Assembly: GCA_965216755.1 (NCBI GenBank)
Contig: CBDCGL010000011.1
Location: forward strand, 3,328,001 to 3,392,000
DNA: 64,000 bases
Source of the DNA: Alphaproteobacteria bacterium
GTDB lineage: Bacteria; Pseudomonadota; Alphaproteobacteria; UBA7887
Direction of reading: 5' to 3'
Shown here one piece after another: positions 18,880 to 28,085 of this stretch. The translations under genes were made by a program, and so were the position numbers. The notes below the pieces were generated by a model. It was not told the origin of the DNA. It did not search any database and worked only from the letters and a program-made list of their open reading frames with translations. Within the stretch, counting starts at the first letter, position 1. Each line of letters begins with the position of its first letter.

Positions 18880-19508
18880 TGACGACGGCGGCGGTCAGTG
18901 TCGTTGATTACGGAATTGGCAATATCGGCTCGGTGGTCAACGCGTGTCGGCGTGTTGGCGCCGCGGCGGCCGTGGCCGAAACTGGTGCGGACCTTCGCGG
19001 CCAAGCGCCGGCGGCAATCGTGCTGCCTGGCGTCGGCGCGATCAAATCAGCGCTCCAGGCGTTGCGCGCACGCGGTTTCGAATCGGCCCTGCAGCATCTT
19101 GTCCGCGAAAATGGCACACCCTTTCTGGGTATTTGTGTGGGTATGCAGATCCTGGCAGAACGTTGTCATGAGTTTGGCGTGCATCAGGGTTTCGGCTGGA
19201 TCGCCGGCCAGGTCGAACGGATCGTGCCACCGTCGGACAATGTACGCGTGCCGCATGTCGGTTGGAACGACGTGGCGGTGAGGGGGGCTGATCCGGTGCT
19301 TGATGGTCTCGACGGTGCCCACTTCTATTTCGTCCACTCTTGCGCGTTGCGTTGCAATGGGTCGGTTACCACGGCGAGCGCGGACTATGGCGGCCCGTTT
19401 GCGGCGGCGGTGCGCGACGGGGTCGTACGCGGGGTCCAGTTTCATCCGGAGAAAAGTTCGGGCGCCGGCGAACAATTGCTGGCACAGTTTTTTGCGACCT
19501 GTCATTGA
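18879..19508 (+). CDS. hisH: HisH-like glutamine amidotransferase (glycan-associated), copy 1
   Basis: DYGIGN, LPGVG, GICVGMQ, PHVGWN, QFHPEKS; ATG overlaps the neuB stop. Confidence 0.9.
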   Translation: MTTAAVSVVDYGIGNIGSVVNACRRVGAAAAVAETGADLRGQAPAAIVLPGVGAIKSALQALRARGFESALQHLVRENGTPFLGICVGMQILAERCHEFGVHQGFGWIAGQVERIVPPSDNVRVPHVGWNDVAVRGADPVLDGLDGAHFYFVHSCALRCNGSVTTASADYGGPFAAAVRDGVVRGVQFHPEKSSGAGEQLLAQFFATCH

Positions 19509-19514
19509 GAACCT

Positions 19515-20306
19515 ATGCTCAAACGACGATTGATTCCGGTGTTGCTTTTGCAGCATGGTTGGATGGTGCGCAGCGAACTGTTTCGAACCCATCAGGTGAT
19601 CGGCAATCCCGTGGTGCATGTCGAACGGATGGTGCAATGGGATGTCGACGAACTGATCGTGTTGGATATCAGCGCTGGCGCCGCCACGGATTTCGGTCAC
19701 AATCGCGACGACTATCGCGAACCGGGGGCGACCGACTTGCTGGCGTTCATTCGCAAGATCGCCGCCGAATGTCGTATTCCGCTGACCTTTGGCGGTCGTA
19801 TTCGGTCGCTTGACGATATGGGCCTGCGGATCCAGAACGGTGCGGACAAGGTCACCCTGAATACCGCGGCGCTCGACGACCCGGAATTAATCCGTCGGGG
19901 CGCGGAAACCTTCGGCGCCCAGGCCGTGGTGGTGAGTATCGATTATCGCCACGGCTCTGACGGCGCCGTCGTCTTTCGCGACAATGGTCGGGTCAATACC
20001 GGGCGTGCGCTCGCCGATTGGGCGCGGTCGGCCGAAGACCATGGTGCCGGCGAAATCCTGGTTAACGCCATTGACCGAGATGGGGTTGCGAACGGTTATG
20101 ATTTGGAAACCATTGCCGCGATCGCAGACACAGTCCGCATTCCGGTGATCGCCTGTGGCGGTGCTGGCCATATGCGCCACTTTGCCAAATGCTTTGAAAG
20201 CACCGATGCGAGCGCGGTTGCCGCAGCCAACATTTTCCATTTTACGGAAAACGCCTATCCGCGCGCGAAAAGATATTTGCGAGGCGAACGTGACGATATC
20301 CGCTGA
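19515..20306 (+). CDS. hisF: HisF-like cyclase homolog (WbuZ-type), copy 1
   Basis: RLIPVLLL, DELIVLDI, PLTFGG, GADKV, GAGEI, IDRDG, PVIACGG. Confidence 0.88.
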   Translation: MLKRRLIPVLLLQHGWMVRSELFRTHQVIGNPVVHVERMVQWDVDELIVLDISAGAATDFGHNRDDYREPGATDLLAFIRKIAAECRIPLTFGGRIRSLDDMGLRIQNGADKVTLNTAALDDPELIRRGAETFGAQAVVVSIDYRHGSDGAVVFRDNGRVNTGRALADWARSAEDHGAGEILVNAIDRDGVANGYDLETIAAIADTVRIPVIACGGAGHMRHFAKCFESTDASAVAAANIFHFTENAYPRAKRYLRGERDDIR

Positions 20307-21465
20307 AGTAAGGGCGTCGACGGGAATAGCGGACTTGCCGCCCCTTCGCTGGTGTACGCGCTGCGTCTATCCATCCAGTTCGGCGGTTGCGCTGGTGTTT
20401 GACGATAATGGCGTGTGCAGCGGCTGCCGGGTCCACGACCAGAAAAAGACCATCGACTGGGATGAACGGCTGGCGTGGCTTTTGGAAGAGATCGAACCCT
20501 ATCGGCGCCCGTCGGGTTATGAATGTGTGATCGGCGTCTCCGGCGGCAAGGACAGCTACTATCAGGTGCATTTCGTCAAGGAAAAGCTCGGTCTCAATCC
20601 GTTGCTCGTTACATATAACGGCAACAATTATTTGGATATCGGCTGGCAAAACCTGATGCGGATGAAGGCCGTTTTCGGCGTCGATCACATGATCATATCG
20701 CCTTCGGAAGAACTATTAATTCGCATGAATCGCTTAGCGTTTCGCATGATGGGCGACATGAATTGGCAAAACCATGCCGGAATCGCCACGGTGCCCATGC
20801 AGATGGCCGTGCGCATGGGCATTCCCCTGGTGTTTTGGGGCGAACATGGTTGGACCGATCTGGGCGGCATGCATTCGATGCATGATCTGGTCGAATATAC
20901 CGCGCGCTATCGAAAGGATCAGCTGCTGCGTGGTTACGATTGGCACGACATGATGGGCGATGAAGAGGACCCGATCGCCGCGCACGAACTCGAGTGTTTC
21001 AAATATCCGCGCGATGCCGAAATCGAGTCGGTCGGCCTGCGCGGGATATTCATTGGCAATTACGATCCCTGGGACGCCAATGCCCACGCCCAATTGGTGA
21101 TGGAACGCTATGGGTGGCTACCATCGCCGGTGCCGTTTGAACGCACCTATCGGCGCATGTCGAATTTGGACGACCGCTATGAAAACGGTGCCCACGACTA
21201 TTTGAAGTATATCAAGTTCGGTTATGGCCGGGCGACCGATCACGCCTGCAAAGACATCCGCAGCGGCTATATGAGTCGCGACGAAGGCATCGCCATGGTG
21301 AAACGGTACGATCATGTGCGGTCGTCGGATTTGACCTATTGGCTCGACTATGTCGATCGCGGCGAACAATGGTTTGACCAAATCGCCGACGGGTTTCGTA
21401 GCCCGAAGGTGTGGCGGCGGGACAGCGCCGGGCAGTGGCACAAACGAAATTTGTGGGACCAATGA
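20290..21465 (+). CDS. N-acetyl sugar amidotransferase (WbuX/WbpG/PseA family), copy 1
   Basis: CTRC...GVCSGC Zn site, PP-loop VSGGKDS, KFGYGRAT, DIRSG.MSRDE; GTG start at 20290. Confidence 0.9.
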   Translation: MTISAEVRASTGIADLPPLRWCTRCVYPSSSAVALVFDDNGVCSGCRVHDQKKTIDWDERLAWLLEEIEPYRRPSGYECVIGVSGGKDSYYQVHFVKEKLGLNPLLVTYNGNNYLDIGWQNLMRMKAVFGVDHMIISPSEELLIRMNRLAFRMMGDMNWQNHAGIATVPMQMAVRMGIPLVFWGEHGWTDLGGMHSMHDLVEYTARYRKDQLLRGYDWHDMMGDEEDPIAAHELECFKYPRDAEIESVGLRGIFIGNYDPWDANAHAQLVMERYGWLPSPVPFERTYRRMSNLDDRYENGAHDYLKYIKFGYGRATDHACKDIRSGYMSRDEGIAMVKRYDHVRSSDLTYWLDYVDRGEQWFDQIADGFRSPKVWRRDSAGQWHKRNLWDQ

Positions 21466-22484
21466 CGGTCGCCGCCGACCGCCCGGGTTTTTCAGTCGAT
21501 GATATCCGCCCCGCCGCGGTCATGGCCGATCAGCAGGCGGCCATGCAGCACGATATTGATTGGCTGGCGCAGCATCGCAACCAATTCGAAGCCGTGTCAT
21601 GCCCGGCCTGTGGGCAAGCGGATGCGGTGGCGCTCTACGAAAAATATGGCATGCATCATGTGCGTTGCGGCGCATGTGTGACCCAATATGTATCGCCGCG
21701 GCCCAGCCAACCCCTGTTGGCGCGCTTTTATGCGCAGTCCGCGAACTATGCCTATTGGGCGCAGCATATCTTTCCGGCCAGCGCGGACGCCCGGCGCGTA
21801 AACCTGTTCCGCCCGCGCGCGCGGCACGCCGCGGCGCTAATGCGAGCGGCGAACGTCGATGGTGGCACATTGGTCGAAGTTGGCGCGGCATTCGGCTTGT
21901 TTTGCGACGAAGCGCGCGCGACCGGCGCCTTCGATCGGGTGGTGGCGATTGAGCCGACACCGGACTTGGCTGCGATCTGCCGCGACCTGGGCCTGGAAAC
22001 CCACCAATGCCCCTATGAAAAGGTGACCATCGACCACGGCGCGCACATGGTTGCGGCGTTCGAAGTGATCGAGCACCTGCATACACCTGTCGATTTTCTA
22101 CATTGGTGCCACGGGATATTGCGCCCCGGCGGGCTGGTGATGCTGACCTGTCCGAACAGTCGCGGTTTGGAAACCTTGGCGCTCGGCAAGGCCGCCGGCG
22201 CCGTCGACCATGAGCACCTCAATCTGTTCCATCCGGACTCATTGCGCGCCTTGGCGGCGCGCTGCGGCTTTGTTGATGTCGCCATCACGACCCCGGGCGA
22301 ACTCGACGTGGAGTTGGTGGCGGCTGCGCTTGATGACGGTGCTATCGACGAAAAAGCGTTGGGGCCGTTCATTGGCGCAGTCATGGCGGATCGCGACCCG
22401 ATTGTGTTGGCCAAGCTGCAGGCGTTCGTTCGCGACGCCGGCTACTCGTCGCACATGATGATGGTGGCGCGGCGCGTGCCATGA
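21462..22484 (+). CDS. Class I SAM methyltransferase with N-terminal Zn-ribbon
   Basis: CPAC...CGAC, VEVGAAFG, FEVIEHL, LRPGG, HLNLF. Confidence 0.88.
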   Translation: MTVAADRPGFSVDDIRPAAVMADQQAAMQHDIDWLAQHRNQFEAVSCPACGQADAVALYEKYGMHHVRCGACVTQYVSPRPSQPLLARFYAQSANYAYWAQHIFPASADARRVNLFRPRARHAAALMRAANVDGGTLVEVGAAFGLFCDEARATGAFDRVVAIEPTPDLAAICRDLGLETHQCPYEKVTIDHGAHMVAAFEVIEHLHTPVDFLHWCHGILRPGGLVMLTCPNSRGLETLALGKAAGAVDHEHLNLFHPDSLRALAARCGFVDVAITTPGELDVELVAAALDDGAIDEKALGPFIGAVMADRDPIVLAKLQAFVRDAGYSSHMMMVARRVP

Positions 22485-23683
22485 TCGCGGTTTTTCTGGG
22501 TAACAAGCTGGTCAGTTGCGACACGGTGCTGCCGATCATGATGACGGTCAAGCGCCGCCATCCGGGCGAAGCTATCAATATCTATTGCATCGGCCGGGCG
22601 ACATTCGATGTTATCCACCGCAATCAAGTGTTGTGGGATGGTATTCACAAGATTGGACGCCTCTACAATCTGGGCCGCGTGGGCCACGGCCGCGGGTCGT
22701 GGCTCGTGCACCGCGCCAAAGCATTTGCGTTTTTGTTGCGTTTGTCTTGGTTGGGGCTGATCGGCCGCGCGACATTTGTTCATTTCGGCCGCTTGAATGC
22801 CTGGCCGTTTCGCCTACTGTTTTTCAGCAATCCTCGCAACACGGTCTTGATGCAGCAGGTCTCCGCCGGGCACGGACCACTGGAAGCGGGGATCGATGCC
22901 TTGAAGCGTGCGCGCCGCGATCGCACGTCCGACCAAGCGGCGGGAAGACTGATGGGGTTTGGGCCAAACTGGCCAGCATTCGCGCAAGCCGGGGTGCCGC
23001 AAAGTCGTTGCCACGTCTTGGGCGTGCCCCACTTGGCGCCGGCGTGGCGCGACTATATCGATGGACGCGCGGCGCGGGATTTCGACGGCGCCGGCCATGG
23101 CGAGAGCGCCGAGATTTTGGCCTTCATGCTGGGTTTTTTTGGACCGCTCGATTTCTTACCGAGCGCAGACACCGTGCAACAACTGTTCGAGGAATCCCTG
23201 GATATATTGGTTGCCGCCGGGGGCGGCCGGCCGGTGTTTATCAAGCCCCATGCCATTACCGACTTGAAGATTGTCGACACCGCGCTGAAGGCACGCGCCG
23301 GTGCGCCGTTGGTGGTCAGCCATTTGCATCCCAACGTGCTCGCGACGCGGGCGCGGCTGTGCATCGCGAATTATTACAGCGCGACACTGTATACAATGCG
23401 TGCCTTGGGTGTGCCGACGATCGAATACACGGATTATACCGAACAGGCTTTGGTCGCGACCGATGACGGCTCGATGCGTCCGGACGCCGTGAGCCACTTT
23501 GTCCAACGGGACCGTGCGGGGCTCGATCGTCTTGTTCGCGACCTCGTGCAACGGCCGCGCAACCATATCGCGCCACGTGACTTGGACCCAAGCGCCATCG
23601 ACGCATTGGCGCGTCGCCCTTATCCTCGTGGGACGGGTTCCGTTCGTGGCGCCGACCTTGAACACATGGTGACCAAGCCATGA
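22481..23683 (+). CDS. Uncharacterised protein, candidate GT-B NulO transferase
   Basis: Coupled ORF; central GVP and C-terminal FIKPH...YYSAT...ALGVPTIEY resemble a GT-B nucleotide-binding domain. Confidence 0.55.
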   Translation: MIAVFLGNKLVSCDTVLPIMMTVKRRHPGEAINIYCIGRATFDVIHRNQVLWDGIHKIGRLYNLGRVGHGRGSWLVHRAKAFAFLLRLSWLGLIGRATFVHFGRLNAWPFRLLFFSNPRNTVLMQQVSAGHGPLEAGIDALKRARRDRTSDQAAGRLMGFGPNWPAFAQAGVPQSRCHVLGVPHLAPAWRDYIDGRAARDFDGAGHGESAEILAFMLGFFGPLDFLPSADTVQQLFEESLDILVAAGGGRPVFIKPHAITDLKIVDTALKARAGAPLVVSHLHPNVLATRARLCIANYYSATLYTMRALGVPTIEYTDYTEQALVATDDGSMRPDAVSHFVQRDRAGLDRLVRDLVQRPRNHIAPRDLDPSAIDALARRPYPRGTGSVRGADLEHMVTKP

Positions 23684-24747
23684 GCGTACAAAGGATCGAT
23701 CGATTCGAAACCATGGTGTGCCCGCCGAACATGTCGTTGCGGGGCGTCATGGGCCGGATGACTGCAACCGGGCATTTATTCCAGGTCGTGTTGGATGGCG
23801 GGGGGCGGGTTCTGGGCACGGTGACCGACGGCGATCTGCGCCGGGCGATTCTCAACGGTGTCGGCGTCGAATCGGATATCGCGGTGTGCATGCAAAAGAA
23901 TGCCGTAATCGGCAAGCTGGGCGCCCAGGATCACAATCGACGGCTGCTAGAAAATCTTCAACAAATCAGTCCGAACGCGGCGTTGTTGCCGGTCACCGAC
24001 GACGATGGTGTCCTCAATGAGATTCTTTTGTTGGCCGGCGATGTGGTCGAGGCCCCGGCGGCGCTGGTGATGGCGGGCGGCATGGGCCGCAGACTTGGCG
24101 CGCGCACGCGCAATACACCAAAACCGCTGTTGCCAGTTGGTGGCAAAGCGATTTTGGAACACATTCTTGGCCGCCTGGAGACCGCGTCGATAACCCGCAT
24201 TCTGATTTCGGTGCACTATCTGGCGGAACAAATCGAAGCATTTGTCACCGCACGGAGCAATACGGCGCATGTCGATTTGGTCCGTGAAGAGCAACCGTTG
24301 GGGACGGCGGGCGCGATTGGGGAAATCGACGATGTGCCGGGCGGTGGCCTGATGGTCTTGAACGGCGATGTGCTGACACAAGTCGATTTCGACGCTCTGA
24401 TCAGTTTTCATCGGCGCAGCGGCCACGACGCCACCCTTGCCGTTGCGCAGTATGAAGTGGCCGTGCCTTATGGCGTGGTCAAGCACAGCGATGACGGCTT
24501 GTTCCAGGGGATCGAGGAAAAACCGCGCATGCGCCAATTTGTCGCCGCGGGGATCTATTTGTTGTCACGCGAATTTTGTGCTTTGCCGCAAGCCGGCCAG
24601 CGTATCGACATGCCGGAATTGATCAATATGGGGCGGAGCATAGGTCTTAAAGTCGGCTTGTTTCCGATCCACGAATATTGGAAGGATGTCGGACAGGTCG
24701 CCGATTTGGAATCGGCAGAACGCGACCACAATGGTGGGCCGGCTTAA
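23680..24747 (+). CDS. CBS-domain nucleotidyltransferase (LegX/PtmE-like GlcN-1-P guanylyltransferase)
   Basis: GTVTDGDLRR CBS; MAGGMGRRL..TPKPLL, PLGTAG, NGDVLT, EEKP, YWKDVG. Confidence 0.88.
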   Translation: MSVQRIDRFETMVCPPNMSLRGVMGRMTATGHLFQVVLDGGGRVLGTVTDGDLRRAILNGVGVESDIAVCMQKNAVIGKLGAQDHNRRLLENLQQISPNAALLPVTDDDGVLNEILLLAGDVVEAPAALVMAGGMGRRLGARTRNTPKPLLPVGGKAILEHILGRLETASITRILISVHYLAEQIEAFVTARSNTAHVDLVREEQPLGTAGAIGEIDDVPGGGLMVLNGDVLTQVDFDALISFHRRSGHDATLAVAQYEVAVPYGVVKHSDDGLFQGIEEKPRMRQFVAAGIYLLSREFCALPQAGQRIDMPELINMGRSIGLKVGLFPIHEYWKDVGQVADLESAERDHNGGPA

Positions 24748-25903
24748 GGTGGAGCGGCGCTACGATATCCCTTTGAGCGTGCCGGATTTGCGCGGCCGCG
24801 AACGCGAGTATCTGACTCGTTGTGTCGACGAGAATTGGGTGTCGACCGCCGGGCCATTCGTCGATCAGGTCGAAGATGGTTTGGCGGCCATAAGTGACCA
24901 AGACCACGCCGTGGCGACTTGTACGGGGACCGCGGCGCTGCATTTGGCGTTATTGGCGGTGGGGGTCAAGGCCGGCGACCTGGTCATCGTGCCGGATTGG
25001 ACATTCGGGGCAACAGCGAACGCGGTGTATCATGCCGGGGCGACGCCGCTTTTGGTCGATGTGCAATCAACCTGTTGGACCTTGGATCCGGCGCGGGTCG
25101 AAGATGTGCTCAACACGCGCGCAGTGGCGGCGGTCATCGCCGTTGACGCGCTCGGGCATCCGGCTGACATGGACGCGCTTGGCGCCGTGTGCCGCGACCA
25201 CAATGTGCCGTTGATTGAAGATGCCGCTGGTGCCATTGGCGCGCGCTACAAGGGGCGCCCGGCCGGCGGCTTGGCCGATGTCGGCATCTATTCGTTCAAC
25301 GGCAACAAGACCATTACCGCGGGTGGCGGCGGCGCGGCGGTGACCAATCGCGACGACTATGCAACGCTTATGGCTCAACTGGCGGTGCATCGGGTCAGCG
25401 ACGCCAGCCGTGCGCCCGGCGGGTTCTATCGCTATGACGTGATCGGCTTCAACTATCGCATGACCAATATCAGCGCCGCGCTGGCGTTGGCGCAATTGGA
25501 GCGGTTGGATCAGATGTTGGCGCGCAAAAGGGCGATTGCAGCCTGTTACGACCAGGGCCTGGCCGGACGCGACGACCTGCGGCCCATGCCGCGGGCGGCG
25601 TGGGCGGACCCGAACTGCTGGATGTATTCGGTCATGTGCGGGTCGGCGGATGATGCGGACCGCCTGGTCCGCCATTTGGAACAGCAGCGCGTGCAGGCAC
25701 GGATATTTTGGCAGGCCCTGTCCTCACAAACGGCGTACGATTCGGCGCCGCGCGACATTGGCGGGGTGGCACAAGCGATCGGTGCCCGAACGGTCGCCTT
25801 GCCATGCAGCAGCAATCTTACCGAAGATCAACAGCACTATGTGCTCGGGTTGCTCCGCGAATGGCAGGGCAACCCGGTGGCGGAGCTGGCGCAGGCTTCA
25901 TGA
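24731..25903 (+). CDS. LegC-like PLP aminotransferase
   Basis: LSVP, WVSTAG, GTAALH, FNGNKTITAGGGG, GFNYRM, LPCS. Confidence 0.85.
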   Translation: MVGRLKVERRYDIPLSVPDLRGREREYLTRCVDENWVSTAGPFVDQVEDGLAAISDQDHAVATCTGTAALHLALLAVGVKAGDLVIVPDWTFGATANAVYHAGATPLLVDVQSTCWTLDPARVEDVLNTRAVAAVIAVDALGHPADMDALGAVCRDHNVPLIEDAAGAIGARYKGRPAGGLADVGIYSFNGNKTITAGGGGAAVTNRDDYATLMAQLAVHRVSDASRAPGGFYRYDVIGFNYRMTNISAALALAQLERLDQMLARKRAIAACYDQGLAGRDDLRPMPRAAWADPNCWMYSVMCGSADDADRLVRHLEQQRVQARIFWQALSSQTAYDSAPRDIGGVAQAIGARTVALPCSSNLTEDQQHYVLGLLREWQGNPVAELAQAS

Positions 25904-26922
25904 CGTCGACGCCGCCAACGGTGATCGCCGAAGCCGGAGTCAATCACAATGGCGATTTGGCACGCGCCCGCGAAATGGTGGCCGCGGTCGCCGCGACTGG
26001 GGCCGACATTGTTAAGTTCCAGGCCTTCCAGGCTGATCGCCTGGTCACCAAGACCGCCGCAACCGCTGCCTATCAACACTCCAACACCGGCTTGCGCAAC
26101 CAGGTCGATATGTTGCAAGCCTTGGAATTGACTCTGTATGACTTCGCCGTCTTGGCGGATGATTGCCGTAACAACAAAATTGAATTTCTGTGCACGCCAT
26201 TCGATATCGATTCTCTGAACGGCCTGATGGCGATTGGCATGGCGCGTGTCAAGGTGGCATCGGGCGAACTGACCAATTTGCCATTGTTGCGCGCGATTGG
26301 CGGCTACGGCGTGCCAGTGATCCTGTCCACCGGCATGGCGAATGTGGATGAGGTCGCGGTGGCGCTGGCTGCCTTGCGCGACAACGGCGCCGGCCCGGTG
26401 ACTTTGTTGCATTGCACGTCGCAATATCCGGCGCCGATAGACTCGCTCAATTTGCGCGCGATCGTCAGCCTGCGTGACCGGTTTGGCGTTTCGGTTGGCT
26501 ATTCCGATCATAGTGTGGGGAACATGGCGGCGATCGCGGCGGTCGCGCTCGGCGCGACAGTGATCGAGAAGCACTTTACTTTGGATCGGTCGTTGCCGGG
26601 CCCGGATCACGCGGCATCGCTGTTGCCGAATGAAGTCGCTGACTTGGTAGCGGCCGTGCGTGACGCGGCGCGTGCATTGGGCAACGGCCGTAAACAACCG
26701 ACAGCCGCGGAACTGGAAACCGCGCGCTTGGTGCGACAAAGCTGGCATGCCGCGCGCAATTTGGCGAGAGGACACGTGATTGGCGATGGCGATGCGGTGC
26801 TAAAAAGACCAGACACCGGCTTAGCGCCGGCTATGTCGCCGGTCGGGCGCAGTTTGCGCGTTGATGTGATGGCAGACATGCCCCTGCGGGCCGACGATTT
26901 GGTCGAGGACGTGCGCCCATGA
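25900..26922 (+). CDS. neuB: Nonulosonic acid synthase (LegI-like NeuB), copy 2
   Basis: IAEAGVNHNGD, VKFQ, TPFD, ILSTGM, LHCTSQYP, GYSDH, EKHFTLD, GPDH. Confidence 0.92.
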   Translation: MTSTPPTVIAEAGVNHNGDLARAREMVAAVAATGADIVKFQAFQADRLVTKTAATAAYQHSNTGLRNQVDMLQALELTLYDFAVLADDCRNNKIEFLCTPFDIDSLNGLMAIGMARVKVASGELTNLPLLRAIGGYGVPVILSTGMANVDEVAVALAALRDNGAGPVTLLHCTSQYPAPIDSLNLRAIVSLRDRFGVSVGYSDHSVGNMAAIAAVALGATVIEKHFTLDRSLPGPDHAASLLPNEVADLVAAVRDAARALGNGRKQPTAAELETARLVRQSWHAARNLARGHVIGDGDAVLKRPDTGLAPAMSPVGRSLRVDVMADMPLRADDLVEDVRP

Positions 26923-28085
26923 CACGAGTCATGAGCGTCACGTCTGGCCGCGCCGATGTGGGAATCTTGGCGTCGGTCTGGCACGCCTTGGCCGCGCGTG
27001 ACGGCGTCGATCTCGAGATTTTCGTGACCGGCATGCATTGCCGCCACGGCGCCGCGTGTGAATTGCCGTTGCCACATGGCGCGACTGTCCATGCCGGGGG
27101 CGCGGATTTGGCCGGCACTAGATCGGGCGCGGCGTCTGCCATGGCAAGGATTTTGGACGACGCGGCGCGGGCTTTCGAACGGGCGGCGCCGGATATCGTC
27201 TTGGTCGTCGGCGACCGGCTCGACATGATGCCGGCGGCCATGGCAACGCTGGCCGGCAACATCCCGCTTGCCCATGTGCATGGTGGTGAATTGACCTTGG
27301 GGGCCGTCGACGACCGGATCCGCCATGCCGTCACCAAGATGGCGCATCTGCACATGGTGTCGTGCCACAGTGCCGCCGACCGGGTCGTGCAAATGGGTGA
27401 AGAACCGTGGCGCGTGCACGTCACCGGCGCACCGGGCCTGGATACCTTGCGTGCCCAACCGTCGATGACGGCCGCTGCGGTGGCGGCGGCGCTTGGGCTG
27501 GTGAACATTGACGGTCTGCGCGTCGTCACCGTTCACCCCGAAACCAATGCGCCGAATCCGTCGGCGCCACTTCAGGCGGTGCTCGGCGCTTTGGCGGCCC
27601 AGCCGGCGCCGACCGTGATCACCGCGCCCAACACCGACCCCGGTAGCACGGCCATGGCCGCGCCAATCGCCGCATTTGTTGCGGCACATCCGTGGGCCCA
27701 GTTTCACGACACGTTGGGCACGCGCCTTTATGCCAATGTTTTGCGCCAGGCCAGCATGATGGTTGGCAATTCCTCGAGCGGATTGATCGAAGCACCGCTG
27801 GTCGGCTTGCCCGTCGTCAATGTGGGCGGCCGACAGGACGGACGCGAGCGCGCGCCGACGGTGATTGACTGTGCGCCAACAGCCGCGGCCGTTACGACGG
27901 CAATGACCCGTGCCGCCGCCTTGGCGCCGCCAACCGATCCGGCCAGTCCTTATGGTGATGGTCAGGCCGCCGAGCGGATTGCCGATATCCTGGCTGACTT
28001 ACCATCCCGCGAATCTTTGCTGTACAAACCATTCTATGCCACCGGCACCGATCAGGCCAATGTGGCTGTGCGGGCGCGCGCGTGA
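26919..28085 (+). CDS. neuC: Hydrolysing NDP-sugar 2-epimerase (NeuC/LegG)
   Basis: TSGRAD, TGMH, GDR, HVHGGE, DDRIRHAVTK, HPET, GNSSSG, RQDGR. Confidence 0.92.
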   Translation: MTRVMSVTSGRADVGILASVWHALAARDGVDLEIFVTGMHCRHGAACELPLPHGATVHAGGADLAGTRSGAASAMARILDDAARAFERAAPDIVLVVGDRLDMMPAAMATLAGNIPLAHVHGGELTLGAVDDRIRHAVTKMAHLHMVSCHSAADRVVQMGEEPWRVHVTGAPGLDTLRAQPSMTAAAVAAALGLVNIDGLRVVTVHPETNAPNPSAPLQAVLGALAAQPAPTVITAPNTDPGSTAMAAPIAAFVAAHPWAQFHDTLGTRLYANVLRQASMMVGNSSSGLIEAPLVGLPVVNVGGRQDGRERAPTVIDCAPTAAAVTTAMTRAAALAPPTDPASPYGDGQAAERIADILADLPSRESLLYKPFYATGTDQANVAVRARA

